From Eledone cirrhosa (lineage: Eukaryota), in contig OZ024741.1 in NCBI GenBank assembly GCA_964016885.1, forward strand, positions 349,308,001-349,372,000: a stretch of DNA of 64,000 nucleotides, read 5' to 3'. Of this stretch, positions 44,590 to 57,609 are shown piece by piece. The number at the start of each line of letters is the position of its first letter. The stretch's first letter is position 1. Position numbers and translations under genes: made by a program. A model generated the notes under the pieces. That model was not told the DNA's origin. It saw only the letters and a list, made by a program, of their open reading frames with translations, and searched no databases.

Positions 44590-45255
44590 ACATTCAGGCA
44601 GATCGAGTCTTCTTTGAATCAGCATCGTCCTGCCTACACTCCGCTTCACAACCAAACAGTGGCGCTTGACTCAATTCGGTGCCTTCCTCATCAAACGATA
44701 GCCATTTTGGTGAGGAGCGCACCCGAATTAGAGTGGCACAACGCATCTGCCTACACGTGTGTAAGCTACACAGATGCAGAGGAGCAGTGATCAACGTGTT
44801 GGGTCGGCACACATTATCTTGCCGCTTAGTGCAGACCGGCTCTCCCTTCACGCTGCTTTGAACGTCATTATCGGAAGGAGGCTTTACCTACATTGTTTCC
44901 CATCAGAATTGGAGCTGGTTGGCATGGATCGTGGCAATGGTAAGCGCCTCGACGGATTAACCCTCTTCCCTTTCGTGGGGCGTAAATCCTTAATTTTCAA
45001 GGCGACTTGCAGCGATTCGGTTTCCGCTTCCAACCTTGTCGCTTGGGTGGAGAAAAAGATTGCTAAATACGGGGCCTGGCCGATGGTTTCCTCTTTGCAC
45101 CAGTGTCCGTCGAAACATTGCACTGCTGATTTCCTCCGTAAATCGAATGACAGCGGTCCGCGAGAGGTGGGAGACCGTGGTGTGTAGTGGCTATTTCAGC
45201 GGGTATGCCTGGCCATTCTCCGCGGTAACAATTTTGCCATTTTCTCCATAGAGAC
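44590..45255 (+). mobile_element. Decayed CRE-like RLE LINE, 3' part
   Basis: IC--CKLHRCRG...LGRHTLSC, LHAALNVII, MDRGNGKRLDGLTLFP...ATCSD and WLFQRVCLAILRGN, across frameshifts. Confidence 0.8.
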
Positions 45256-45333
45256 TGAGGTGTAGTGTCTGTCCCTCCTCCTCTCCCTTCCTTTCGTTGC
45301 TTGATCCTTTTTTCGTTTTATAATTTCCTTTTT

Positions 45334-45520
45334 GGGGTGGATTGGCAGTATCGGTAGAGAGTTCGTTCCATGCTTTCCTGCATAGAGTTACGTCACTTTA
45401 CGGACTGAGTTCAAATCCGGCCGAGGTTTACTTTGCCTTTCATCCTTACGGGGTCGATAAAATAAAGTACCAGTAATGTACTGGGTATTTGCTGGCCTTG
45501 TACCAAAAGTAGAAACAATA
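45334..45520 (+). mobile_element. SINE family A, short variant, in the CRE-like 3' UTR
   Basis: Near-consensus copy. Confidence 0.9.
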
Positions 45521-47281
45521 ATTTCCTTTCCGCTTTAATAGTGTGTTTTGTTTTTATTAGAAACTGCTCAATTATTTTTATTTAATTATATCCTGTATAT
45601 ATATATATTACAAGTTTTGTTATATATTTTCAATGTTGATATAAAAATGAATTTATAAAATAACATAGCAGCCTATCATTTGTATTGCTGATTAGCACTC
45701 ATCATCGCAGTTTTGGCTCGCTGTGCCTCTCCCACATGGCGTAATGGGTCTGTTGAGTCCTTGAGTTTAAGACACTGATCTAACGCATTCCAGCCAGAAG
45801 AACCTTATCTTTTAAATAACATGTTGAACTACCTTATTCAATGTGTCCTTCGCTTTCCCAAGAATGTAGGATGTAATGTGCTTAGGGATTTGACTGGTAT
45901 TTCTTGCAGGGCCTGCGACAGCATAGAGGTTCCCTCGCTGACTCTCGGTGTCAGTATCATGGTTGACTTGAGCAATGTGTGGCAAGAACGGAGGGGGATG
46001 TGTGTGTGTGTGCACGCGTGCGTGTGAATGTGGATGAGTGCATTTATTATGTGGTGCAGGGTTTATGTTGCTTGATGTGAGGGGTGAAGTATGAATGGTG
46101 TGAGCTGAGTGAAGCAAGTAGTACAAAGTAAGTGTTATCTGTTGCGGTTAGAGTTTATAGTGTGAGATGTTCAATGTATGCTTCCTTCTGTTTTGTTGTT
46201 TTATCATATTTTGGTTACTTTATACAGTGTGCCGTTGGTAGAGCTTGATTCGAGAGAGATTTCGTTGTCATTTCGAGATGGGTGACTGACAGTATACAGG
46301 CTCCCTCGCTGGAAGTTGGTGATTCAAGTATCTTGTATATATATATATATATATGTGTGTGTGTCTGCATTCGTATATATATATATATAATGTGTGTGTG
46401 TGTGTGTGTGTGCTTTCGTATGTGTGTGGGAACAGAGAACGGGTGAGATGTGGTAGGTTTCATGTGGTTTGTGGGGGAAGTGTGGATGATTATTATAGGG
46501 TGTGGGGTGTGTGTGTACGTTTTGTAAGTGTTTTTGTGTGTTCTATATGTTTCTGTGCGTGTGTGGTGAGTGGTGTGCGTGTTGTATAATGTAAATGAGG
46601 ACTAGGGAGCGATGTGTGGTATGTGTATATTTTAATGTGTGAATGGAGTGTTTATTGTGTGTGAGTTTGTGTATGTATGAATGAGTGTGTGGATATGTAT
46701 GTATGTGTGTGTGTGTGTGTGTGTGTGTGGTGAATTAAGAGTTTACGGGGGTGGGTAATGTTCTTTAGCTACCTAAAAATAACTCCCCAGTACTAACTGC
46801 CCGAAGATATAATACCGCCTTTGCATTATTTTCTCTTCATCAAGCTCTTCATCCAACCTCCATATACAAAACCCCCTCACCTCCACCCTCTCACACTTAC
46901 ATCCAAACAGCCACAACCCCCCCACCCCCCCCAGCTATCCTAAGCCTTCTAATTCTCTTCTTTTCTCTCTGTTCTTTATATTTTGTCTCTCATTGCACCT
47001 TGCTTTAGTACTGTATATATATATATACATAAATATCTACACACTCATACGCACTCACCCATATAGACATTCATATCTACACACACTCACACATATATGC
47101 CTACATATCTACACACGCATACACACTCACTCATACACATTCACACACACTCACACACAAATATGTTCAATTACAGGCATAGACACAAATAGACACAGGG
47201 AACTATACATGTAATTATGCGGCACGCACACACGTATAATTTATGCCCTGGCTTTCACTTTTACAGACAAAAATGACACAT

Positions 47282-47498
47282 ATATATATATACATATATA
47301 TATGTGTGTTTACGTGTGTGTGTGTGTGTGTGTACTTATATATAAATCACACACATACATAGATATTATATATCTATATATGCAATATATATATATATAT
47401 ATACATATATACATATATACATATATATACATATACATATATATACATATATATACATATATACATATATATACATATACATATATATACATATACAT

Positions 47499-47539
<41 letters not shown>

Positions 47540-47582
47540 TATACATATACATATATATACATATACATATACATATATATAC

Positions 47583-47629
<47 letters not shown>

Positions 47630-47754
47630 TACACATATACATATATATATATATATACATATATATACATATATTTATATATATAAATATATGTATGTAT
47701 ATATATATATATACATATATACACAAATGTGTGGTGTGAATTTGAGTGTGCTTG

Positions 47755-47800
<46 letters not shown>

Positions 47801-47812
47801 AGATGTTATTTA
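47282..47812. repeat. (TA)n/(TATACA)n compound microsatellite
   Basis: Directly visible. Confidence 0.9.
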
Positions 47813-48186
47813 TATTACAGTTCACACATACATAACCCTATATATATACACACACCCACGCATTGTGATGGGGGGGGGGATACACATACACTACACCCTT
47901 ACACACATATTCCTTTCCCCTACTGTCTAGGTCAGTCTCCCGCTCTAACATATATTCCCTTCCTGCTTATTCTCTTGTTGCTTCTTTGCCCTTTTTTTCT
48001 CCCTTAGTACCCAACACCATTCCCCCTTTATCTAATTATTTTCATTCTTTTGTTTCTAGCTCCAGCTCTTGTTGTATTGTATATATTTGTGCTGGGTTGT
48101 ATTATATATCTGTGGCAGTAGAAAGCGACCAGCTTGCAATATATGTGTGTGTTTATATATATATATTTATATATATATATTTATAT

Positions 48187-48261
<75 letters not shown>

Positions 48262-48264
<3 letters not shown>

Positions 48265-48734
48265 AAAGTTATATTTAAATTGTTGGGTTACAACTAGTAA
48301 ATATTTATTTATAACTGATATAAAAGCACTCGACAAGTATTTGGAGTATATTTACAATATTAAATAAATGGAAACTATATTTATAAAACCATATCTATTT
48401 CATTATATATATTTCAGGGATATCATATTAACAATATGCTATGCCTTCCTCAGACAAAATACAATATAAACAGTTTTATAGATAAATAGATTTGACATAC
48501 CGTAACAACATCGACTTGTATTTGAAAAAGTTGAATTGGCAGTCAATTGCCAATTCAACTTTTTCAAATACAAGTCGATGTTGTTACGGTATGTCAAATC
48601 TATTTATTTATAAAACTGTTTATATTGTATTTTGTCTGAGGAAGGCATAGCATATTGTTAATATGATATCCCTGAAATATATATAATGAAATAGATATGG
48701 TTTTATAAATATAGTTTCCATTTATTTAATATTG

Positions 48735-48736
<2 letters not shown>
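48262..48736. mobile_element. PLE-like palindrome: 189-bp arms, 6-bp spacer, one-sided tail
   Basis: 48353-48541 versus 48548-48736 differ at one position that I could find; tail 48262-48352 contains TACTCC...GAGTGCT on the minus strand. Confidence 0.92.
48628..48693 (+). ncRNA. Type I hammerhead motif (mirror copy on minus strand ~48396-48461)
   Basis: TATTTTGT-CTGAGGA-AGG..CATATT-GTT-AATATG..CCT-GAAA-TATATA-TA-ATGAAATA. Confidence 0.85.
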
Positions 48737-48789
<53 letters not shown>

Positions 48790-48807
48790 TATATGTATAT
48801 ATATATG

Positions 48808-48892
<85 letters not shown>

Positions 48893-49880
48893 TACTCTTT
48901 TACTCTTTTACCTGTTCCAGCTGAGACCATGCTGGGGCATCGCCCATGTTGCTACACATTTTATCTCCAGCCTGTATTGGTTGGCCACTGGTGCAAGAGG
49001 GAGTTCATTGCTGGTGCCCTTAGTTTTCCCTCGTGCCTTGATGTGGGCTCATCAGGGATCCTGGATAGCAAGGTGTCGAGATGTTTCTTGAAGACATCCA
49101 TATCCACACCATGCAGATCTCTCAGATCCCTCGGCAGCTTGTTGAAGAGTTGAGGGCCCTTGAACCCCAGGCTATTGCAATATCTGCTCCTTATTCTAGA
49201 TGTGGAAGACGGGACATTTGGCACCACACAGTGATGTCCTGTTCGACGGTTGCTCCAGCTCCCAATGCCAAAGTTTGGTGCTAGTCCCTCGAGGATTTTC
49301 CACATGTAGATCACTGCGTATCTCCCCCGTCTTCATTCCAAGGAGTAGAGGTTCAGTTCGTTTAGCCTCTCCCAGTAGCTTATCTCCTTCATCGTGACAA
49401 TCCTCTTCGTGTAGCTTCGCTGGATTGCCTCAAGCTCCGTGGTTAGTTTTATACTATGGGGTGAAGACAACTGGGAGCAATAGTCCAGGTGGCTTAGGAC
49501 AAATGTCCTCCATAGTGTCAACATGGTACCTCGGTCTCTTATCCGGAAAGTTCTTAAGATCCAGCCAGCGAGTCGTCTACACTTGTCGCCACATTCATGA
49601 TGTGTGAGGAAAAAGATTCATCGTCGCTCAGGTCTATGCCCAGGTCTCGTATCGATTTCGACACGGGAATATCGCCCCCCCCCCCCTGTTCCGGCGTAAC
49701 TGTGTTGTACTGTATTCGTGTTTGCGTTTGTAGGTTTGCATTGTTGAGCTTGGTATTTGCCAGCATTAAACTGCATGTTGTTGTCTTCCACCCATTTGTA
49801 TTTGGCATCCAGATCTTGTTGTAAAAGGGCAGCTTCAGCCGGGATTTTGATTGCCTATGCTACCTTAGTGTCATTAGCAT
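48893..49880 (-). mobile_element. 5'-truncated CR1-group LINE with (TAAAAGAG)n tail
   Basis: YANDTK (YADD-like), RDLGI, LSHLDYCSQL-SP, LEAIQR, YWERLNELNLYSLE, WKILEGLAPN and GPQLFNKLP; frameshifted; tandem tail at 48893-48910. Confidence 0.88.
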
Positions 49881-49909
49881 ACAAACATATATATATAAAT
49901 ATATATATG

Positions 49910-49954
<45 letters not shown>

Positions 49955-50479
49955 CGGAGGAGTTGTGGCTTAGGACATACATCTCTAACCACATATAAAC
50001 ACAATGACATACGTAAACATACATGTTCTATGGTGCAACACAAATATACACAAATTTGCATACCTTTTGATGTCTATAGATATAAACGTGCCGACACACA
50101 CGCATACATAAACGCACACATGCATTGCACACTGATGGGCACATACATATTTGTACACAAGTATTCCAATACGGCAAGGCCTAATGGATTCCCCTTGCAG
50201 TACGAACAATCTGGACACTCACACACACCTTGGTATTATGCCAATACTATATATCATTTCACACCTTTTATTATTAAGGTTTTTGATGTTCTATTGAGAG
50301 AATCGTTTTTACTGAAAATATCGAATAATGTAAACCATTTTTACCAGTATCACAAAAATACTGGTCCACCCTAACACACACACACACATTCTCACACACA
50401 CACACACAGACACACATATATACACGCACACACACATATTTACACACACATACACACGCGTACATTAACGTACAAAGAG

Positions 50480-50551
<72 letters not shown>

Positions 50552-50773
50552 CTCCGTATAAGACAAGAGCTGAAAAATATCTTTTAACTTGTTAAAATAT
50601 CCCCCACACACGTACAGATACATTCCTACTGACCATCCCTCTACCACGAATTACTCTGCTACACACACACACACACACACTTGTCTTAATAGGCATTTGA
50701 ACTGTCAACAGGCTGCGGTTCGCACACACATCCCTGCTGACCATTGTCACAACAACGAACCTCTTTACTACTA

Positions 50774-50817
<44 letters not shown>

Positions 50818-51749
50818 TTGTTTTGAAATACTTATTTTTCAGTGACTTCTCAATCAGCCGACACAAACCTACATTTGGCGCAAAATCAATTTTTAACATT
50901 CACATGACCTCTACCGACCAATCAAAATTGTTTTAACCACAAGAATTTTTGCAACACGAATTGGCGCGAAACTGATTTTAATACATCTGGAGCCACTTTT
51001 TTCACATAAAACGGGTAGAATTTCCAAAACTAATCAGATTAGAGCAAACATCACGGGCGCTCTATCTCAAAATTATTTTTGAAAAGCATTAGAAATGCGC
51101 AACCGGTAAAACTTAAAACTAAAACTGAATACTAACCAATACTTATTACTAATTTTTACTTATTCCTAATTAAACTATTTTTCACTGGGAACAATTTGTC
51201 AGCATTTTCTTTTCCGTTTACCAATATATATATATATACATATATATATATATTATATAGATTATATATATATATACACACACACACATATATATATATG
51301 GTCGGTTTTATAGACATTGTAGTTGCGCGGAGTCCTTGGTAGTGTTACGTAAGTAAAGATTGAGGTGGAAGCTAGATGAATGACCTATAGGGATTTGGAT
51401 AGAGGAAATAAATATTGGAACCAAAGTTCGAGATAAGAACTTGTGAAAACAGCAAAACCCTTTGTGTTTTATGTTTTATTGTTCGTTGGGTTAAAATAAA
51501 AAGAATGAAAAAATTAAATTAAATTAAATTTAAAGTAACTAGTGGGTTTAATTATGACCAGGATTAGTATAAATTTAATTTATCTACCCTTGGTTGGTTC
51601 GCAGCTCCTGTTTGCGAGACTTGTTGCTGGCTTAGTATGGTTATTTAACGTTTTCGAATCTAAAATTCTTCATCACACTCTATTCATTCTGGCAAATCCT
51701 TTACACGTTGGAGTATGTATACAGATGTTTCCAAGTGTCCAGTATGTAT

Positions 51750-52000
51750 ACAGATGTTTCCAAGTGTCCAGTTCACCCCGACAATTCAGTGATGGAGTTT
51801 TCTTTCTAATGAAATGCGCTTCTGTTATTCGGAGACTAATTGCATCAGTTTGTTCGGCGTGCACTTTTGTTATGTTTCTTCCGCATTCTTACTTGTGTTA
51901 GAACACTGTGTTTCCGATGTTGTCTTCTTTTTGTGAAGCCAATGCAATTGGCCCGCATGAGCTGTTCAGTAGATAACTGCATTATATATACATCATGTGT
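51750..52000 (-). pseudogene. Penelope-type GIY-YIG endonuclease remnant
   Basis: VYI...CIGFTKRRQHR (degenerate GIY-YIG region) and LRITEAHFIRKKTPSLNCRGE (E...I...P.LN C-terminal motif). Confidence 0.7.
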
Positions 52001-52047
52001 GTGTGTATTGTGTGTGAGTGTATATTGTGTATATATCTATCTATATA

Positions 52048-52127
<80 letters not shown>

Positions 52128-52136
52128 CATATATAT

Positions 52137-52304
52137 AGGAACGAGTAAGACCCCGACCGCTGAGCTCAAGCCGTTTCGACGGCTAATTCTGGCTTGAGCT
52201 CAGCCGTCGGGGTCCTACTCGTTCCTATTACCCACTCTACTACCCTAAGTATTGAGTACTTTGGTGCGTTATGGTCCATCTGGTTCCTTACCACATTTCC
52301 TTCG

Positions 52305-52306
<2 letters not shown>
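52137..52306. mobile_element. GUC-family PLE-like cassette
   Basis: Near-identical to the arms and tail of 28741-29083; inside (TA)n. Confidence 0.88.
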
Positions 52307-52356
<50 letters not shown>

Positions 52357-52533
52357 GTAGAAGGGATATTTAATTTGTTGGAAATTCAACAAATATAAAT
52401 GTTTATAACTGATTCAGAGCACTCGACAAATTTCTGGAGTAAATATTCAATGATATTAAATGACTATCCAAGGAAAATTCAACTGATAAGGTAGGTTTCC
52501 TTGGCTACGTCAAAATTTATAAAATACACTTTG

Positions 52534-52599
52534 TATTTTATCTGATGAAAGCGTACGTACCAAAGTTTTTGCTACCCTTGAAATATATATAATAGAATA
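52534..52599 (+). ncRNA. Type I hammerhead motif within cassette 52356-52635 (relative of 48262-48736)
   Basis: TATTTTAT-CTGATGA-AAG...CTT-GAAA-TATATA-TA-ATAGAATA; downstream ATATGGTTTTATAAATATAGTTTCCATTTATTT is shared with 48695-48727. Confidence 0.85.
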
Positions 52600-52628
52600 A
52601 ATATGGTTTTATAAATATAGTTTCCATT

Positions 52629-52660
<32 letters not shown>

Positions 52661-53204
52661 CGAATAAGGAAAAGCGAAGTAGTTTCAGATGTTCAAGTCT
52701 TTTAATAATAATGCTGTGATATATATTTCAATGACGACACTGGCCACACTGTTCAGTGTGCCAGTGTCGCGACATCGTCAGACAGCTTGTTACATAATAA
52801 GGTTATGTTTCCGAGGCAATCCAAATTGAATCAACATGGAAACGGACGAAGTGTGTGCTTTTAGGTACTTCATCCGTTCCCCTGTGAGTACCAATTCACC
52901 CCCACCAGTCTGCGCAGGCCATTAGTTACCGCAGATTTCAACGAAATTCGCTTAGTCTGTTCCCCCTCTCAGCCAAACAATCACCCATTCAGGCCTGTAC
53001 CAATGGTACAGGCCTGAATGGGTCATTGTTGAAATCTGCGGTAGCTAATGGTCAACTTCCTTCGGACATGCGCCTGCGCAGACCGATGGGGGTGAATTGG
53101 TACTCACAGGGGAACGGATGAAGAACCCAAAAGCACACACTTCGTCCGTTCCCATGTCGATTCAATTTGGATTGCCTCGGAAACATAACGTTATTATGTA
53201 ACAA

Positions 53205-53278
53205 GCTGTCTGACGATGTCGCGACACTGGCACACAGAACAGTGTGGCCAGTGTCGTCATTGAAATATATATCACAGC
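53205..53278 (+). ncRNA. Type I hammerhead motif (mirror copy on minus strand 52713-52786)
   Basis: GCTGT-CTGACGA-long stem II (CGACACTGGCACAC/GTGTGGCCAGTGTCG)-GAAA-TATATA-TC-ACAGC; AUC triplet. Confidence 0.9.
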
Positions 53279-53280
53279 AT

Positions 53281-53468
53281 GGCGGTGAATTGGCAGTATC
53301 TGTAGAGGGTTGGACGCCATGCTTTCTAGCATAGTTACGTCCCTTTACGGTTTGAGTTCAAATCCCGCTGAGGATAACTTTGCCTTTCATCCTTACAGGG
53401 TCGATAAAATAAAGTACCAGTAATGTACTGGGTAATTACTGGCCTTGTGCCCAAAGTAGAAACAATTA
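53281..53468 (+). mobile_element. SINE family A, full-length short variant
   Basis: Present in one palindrome arm only, so its boundaries are defined by the empty arm. Confidence 0.93.
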
Positions 53469-53591
53469 TTATTAAAAGACTTGAACATCTAAAACTACTT
53501 CGCTTTTCCTTATTCGATATTTACTCCGTCACTCCTATGTGGAAAAAGTACGTTGAGTGCTTGAATTGAATTGCATCAATATTTACCCTAA

Positions 53592-53638
<47 letters not shown>

Positions 53639-53672
53639 TACACGGGTGTGTATGATTGTGTATAGAAGATTA

Positions 53673-54056
53673 TATTAATAAAAGGAATTCCAACTTTGTC
53701 TGATTTACTCGTTTTATTTACAATCCTTTAAAATGTATAATGGTATTAGAATGAAATAGTATGGTGGAATATTAAATGTTAAGTGTTAATTGAACAAGTA
53801 CTTTCATGCTTTCGCAATCTTCAGGTTCATAATGTGTGGTGACAGTCAAGTTTGCAATTTTCAACTGTGAACATTTTCTGAAACTTGACTGTCACCACAC
53901 ATTATGAACCTGAAGATTGCGAAAGCATGAAAGTACTTGTTCAATTAACACTTAACATTTAATATTCCACCATACTATTTCATTCTAATACCATTATAAA
54001 TTTTAAAGGATTGTAAATAAAACGAGTAAATCAGACAAAGTTGGAATTCCTTTATT

Positions 54057-54060
<4 letters not shown>
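53673..54060. mobile_element. PLE-like palindrome: ~180-bp arms, 27-bp spacer
   Basis: 53673-53853 versus 53881-54060, with about one substitution and one indel. Confidence 0.92.
53905..53943 (+). ncRNA. Minimal 39-nt hammerhead motif (mirror copy on minus strand 53791-53829)
   Basis: TGAAC-CTGAAGA-T-TGC-GAAA-GCA-T-GAAA-GTAC-TT-GTTCA. Confidence 0.88.
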
Positions 54061-54151
<91 letters not shown>

Positions 54152-55019
54152 GAAGAGTGCAAGCAGCCGAAGGGTACGATAATGTTATATTTGTAAATAT
54201 GTAATAATGCCAGAACATCGGAATTTCCCTGTTAATTGAAAACTGTACAAACATCTTTAACCGTCTTTTGGGTTAAGCGAGTATATCATCCAAACAACCA
54301 CAAGGAAAGGGGTATTTGATGGCGTTATATAGCCATTCGTACTAATTTGCATATAATTAGCGTTCATTTTGGTAATTAATTAAGATATATATTAAGAAGT
54401 GCTCTAGCCGGCGAAGTGCACTATAAAGTTCTATCTGTATACTAAGGTATTTATGATCAAAGGCGTTCTAGCGAGACCGACATGCTTTATTTTTCTAACA
54501 TCTTGGCGTGAATTACCCAACGTATTCTCCAATTCTCTTAAGACGGAAGGTGTATGTCAGATTTTTAGGAAGAATCTGGTGGCTGGTAAATATGCTTGCT
54601 CTTGTACTGCTTTTATTGTTTTGTGTGTGTATGTGTGTGGGGGTGGGGGTCGGGGGCACTTGGTTAGATCTGACCGAGTAAACCTATCTTCAAACACATT
54701 CCAGTCGTGAACATCTTTTTCATGTGCAATGAAATAAACGCATAAAGCAGAGTGACTTTGTCTCAGATGGTAGGGTGTGATATGAAAGTAGGTTTTTCTG
54801 CAATCTCTTTCAGACCGAGCAACCATGTAAAGGCGTTGTCTTGTCTTATTTGAGTATGATAGACGTAGTAAAATGTTGAACAGATCGGTGGTGTTGATGA
54901 CGTCGATGATGATTGTGGTGATGACGATAGCGATGGCGGTGGGTGTATATGTTTGGAAATGGCGGTGGGTGTATATGCTTTTAATGATGAAGAACAAAGA
55001 AATAAAGATATAACAATAT

Positions 55020-55490
55020 AACAAATACAGGCTTCTTTTCCCAGCTCTAACCAGCAGGGCTGGTTCGAAGGGACGGCAAAAGGCCAAACGGCATCACAAT
55101 TTTCCTGCTCTGCGGGGATTTCCCTTCATCCGGGATGTCACATGCTGTGACACCTACTCAAGAGACAACTTGGTAGGTTAGGCTACCAGCCCAGGCTCTG
55201 CTGCCCGTCAAGCCGAAGAGGGCAAACTGTCCAAGTATCGGCCGATCACAGATATGTATGTGATAGAGCCTGTAGTAGTGGAGGCTTCCAGCGTTCTTGG
55301 CCCCTGGACCACATCCCTACACACACTATCAGAGCGGAGTTGACCGCTCGCAAGTACGAGCCCCACGAGGGGGAGCGACTGTTCCAACGCGTCTGCTGTG
55401 CCGTCCACCGAGGCAATGTATTCTCCATCCTGTCGGTCGGGACCCAGAGGCGAAGGGTAAGTTAGTTGGAAGTGGAGGATACTCATTCAG
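55020..55490 (-). mobile_element. GC-richer remnant, possibly a LINE 3' end
   Basis: Compositional shift and short coding-like frames; no diagnostic motif. Confidence 0.25.
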
Positions 55491-55760
55491 CTGTGACTTT
55501 CCCTATATTTCTTTAAAATGCCATGACTCTCCACTACATTACTGTATTTATTGTCTGATTAACCAAACGAGAAATATCAAGCTGAGACGTGCCAAAAGCT
55601 ATTATTTTGTGGGCTGAGGTGATACAGGTGGGCTGTTGTAATGGTAGTGATGATACTGCAGAGGTAGTGATGGTGATGATGGTGTTGCAGTGACTGTAGT
55701 GTTCATGGTAGGGTAGTAGAGTAGTGGATGTTTGGTAATTGATGGAAGGTAGGTAGTGCC

Positions 55761-55919
55761 CAGTGACGGATTTAGGACAAATGAGGCCCTGTGCTAGTTA
55801 AATTATGAGGTCCCTTCCTTGGGCACTGAAGAAGGTAAAAAATTGTTTTGGCAGGGAGATGGTTTCTCCCGGACCAACAGGGCCCTGTGCTTAATCACAC
55901 CTAAGCAAATCCGGCACTG
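55761..55919. mobile_element. hAT-type MITE
   Basis: TIRs CAGTGACGGATTT / AAATCCGGCACTG; 8-bp TSD GTAGTGCC (55753-55760, 55920-55927); internal GGCCCTGTGCT twice. Confidence 0.9.
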
Positions 55920-56302
55920 GTAGTGCCCTATTGCTATGAAATGGTTATTATTGGTTAATCGCATGTCAGCGCAGAATGAACAGTCATATGACCAAAAGCA
56001 TTCCAGCCAAGCCCATAACATTATTTCATTCTTGCCTTTCATCCTTACGGGGTCGATAAAATAAAGTACCAGTAATGTACTGGATAATTGCTGGCCTTGT
56101 GCCAATAGTAGAAACAATTATTTCATTCATTTATTTTTTACATAATGTATCTAAGACTATACAATCCAAATTGCTTTGCATAGATTAAATCAGAGATTCG
56201 CCTCCTATTTCTAGCAGCTCTTGCAACCTCTTAAAGGCACCGTTAGTTGCTAATCTTTCTGTAATGGACAGACACACTGTGGTGGGGGTGAGGGTGTCGG
56301 TT

Positions 56303-56354
<52 letters not shown>

Positions 56355-56378
56355 CAGCAGCAGTAGCAGCAGCAGCAC

Positions 56379-56426
<48 letters not shown>

Positions 56427-56617
56427 TAGTAGTAGTAGTAGTAATGGGGGTGGGGGGTATTTTGTGCTACTTGACAATAGGGGTAATATAACATCGGTGA
56501 AAGTGACAGGTTGCTGATTAAGGTGAATATGGCATTGGTTGTGGTGATGTTGGCGGTAGTGAGGAAGCTTTTTTTATTGTTGTAATGGTGAAATTAGTAA
56601 ATTAATTAATCAGTTAA

Positions 56618-56797
56618 TATTGTTTCTATTTTAGGCACAAGGCCAGCAATTACCCAGTACATTACTGGTACTTTACTTTATCGACCCCGTAAGGATGAAA
56701 GGCAAAGTTAACCTAGGCGGGATTTGAACTCAGATCATAAAGGGACGTAACTCTATGCGTCAAAGCATGGCGTCCGACCCTCTACCGATACTGCCAG
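56618..56797 (-). mobile_element. SINE family A, short variant
   Basis: Near-consensus copy; further copies at 56031-56120, 57109-57282 and 57437-57620. Confidence 0.9.
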
Positions 56798-57609
56798 TTA
56801 ATAATACATTGTTGATAGCAAACCTAGTTGAAATCGTGATCCTTCACTTGTCAGAGCTGTGCGTTTCACTTTATTATTTATTACAGTCTAGAGGGAAATG
56901 GATTGGCAGAATCGGTAGAGCGACAGACAAAATGGGGTTAGTAAAATAAAGTACCAGCCATGTACTGGTTCGATATAAATTACTAGCCTTTATCCGTTCC
57001 AGATAAATTTAGAGCGATGGATTTGGCAGTATCGCTGACATATTTGCACAATATATAATTGGTTACGAGACATCTACCATGAAAAGCATCCAGTATGAGA
57101 ATGACAAGGGCGGTGGATTGGCAGTATCGGTAGTGCGTCATAGAACACATTTTATGGCATAGTTACGGCTCTTTACGTTCCGAGTTCAAATCTCGCCTAA
57201 AGTGCTAGTTATGCACTGGGGACAATTTAATCGACTTTCCCCTCCCCAAAATGATTGGCCTTGTGCCTAGATCAGAAACCATTATGAGAATGACACATCT
57301 AAATAATTGAAAGGACTTCTATTATTTAACTGTTAAAGTTAGCTAAATTTGCAGCAAAATTGGCAGTTGTATAATATTGGATTTTGATAAAATCTCTGCT
57401 AAAAAATATTCGACATTTGTAGCGATTATTTAGAATGGAGGGTTGGCAGATTCGTTAGACCGTTAAACGAAATGTTCTCTGGTATTTATCCTTGCTCTTT
57501 ACCTTCTAATTTCAAATCTCAATGAGGTCAACTTTCCCTTTCATCCTTCAGAGTCATCACCAGTCAATTACTGGCGTTGGGTTAATCAATTTTGTCATTC
57601 CCCAAAAAT

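Larger units (their letters stand above)
52661..53592. mobile_element. PLE-like palindrome (~330-bp arms, centre 53003) with SINE in the right arm and a tail
   Basis: 52661-53002 is inverted in 53004-53280 plus 53469-53516; tail 53519-53592. Confidence 0.92.
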
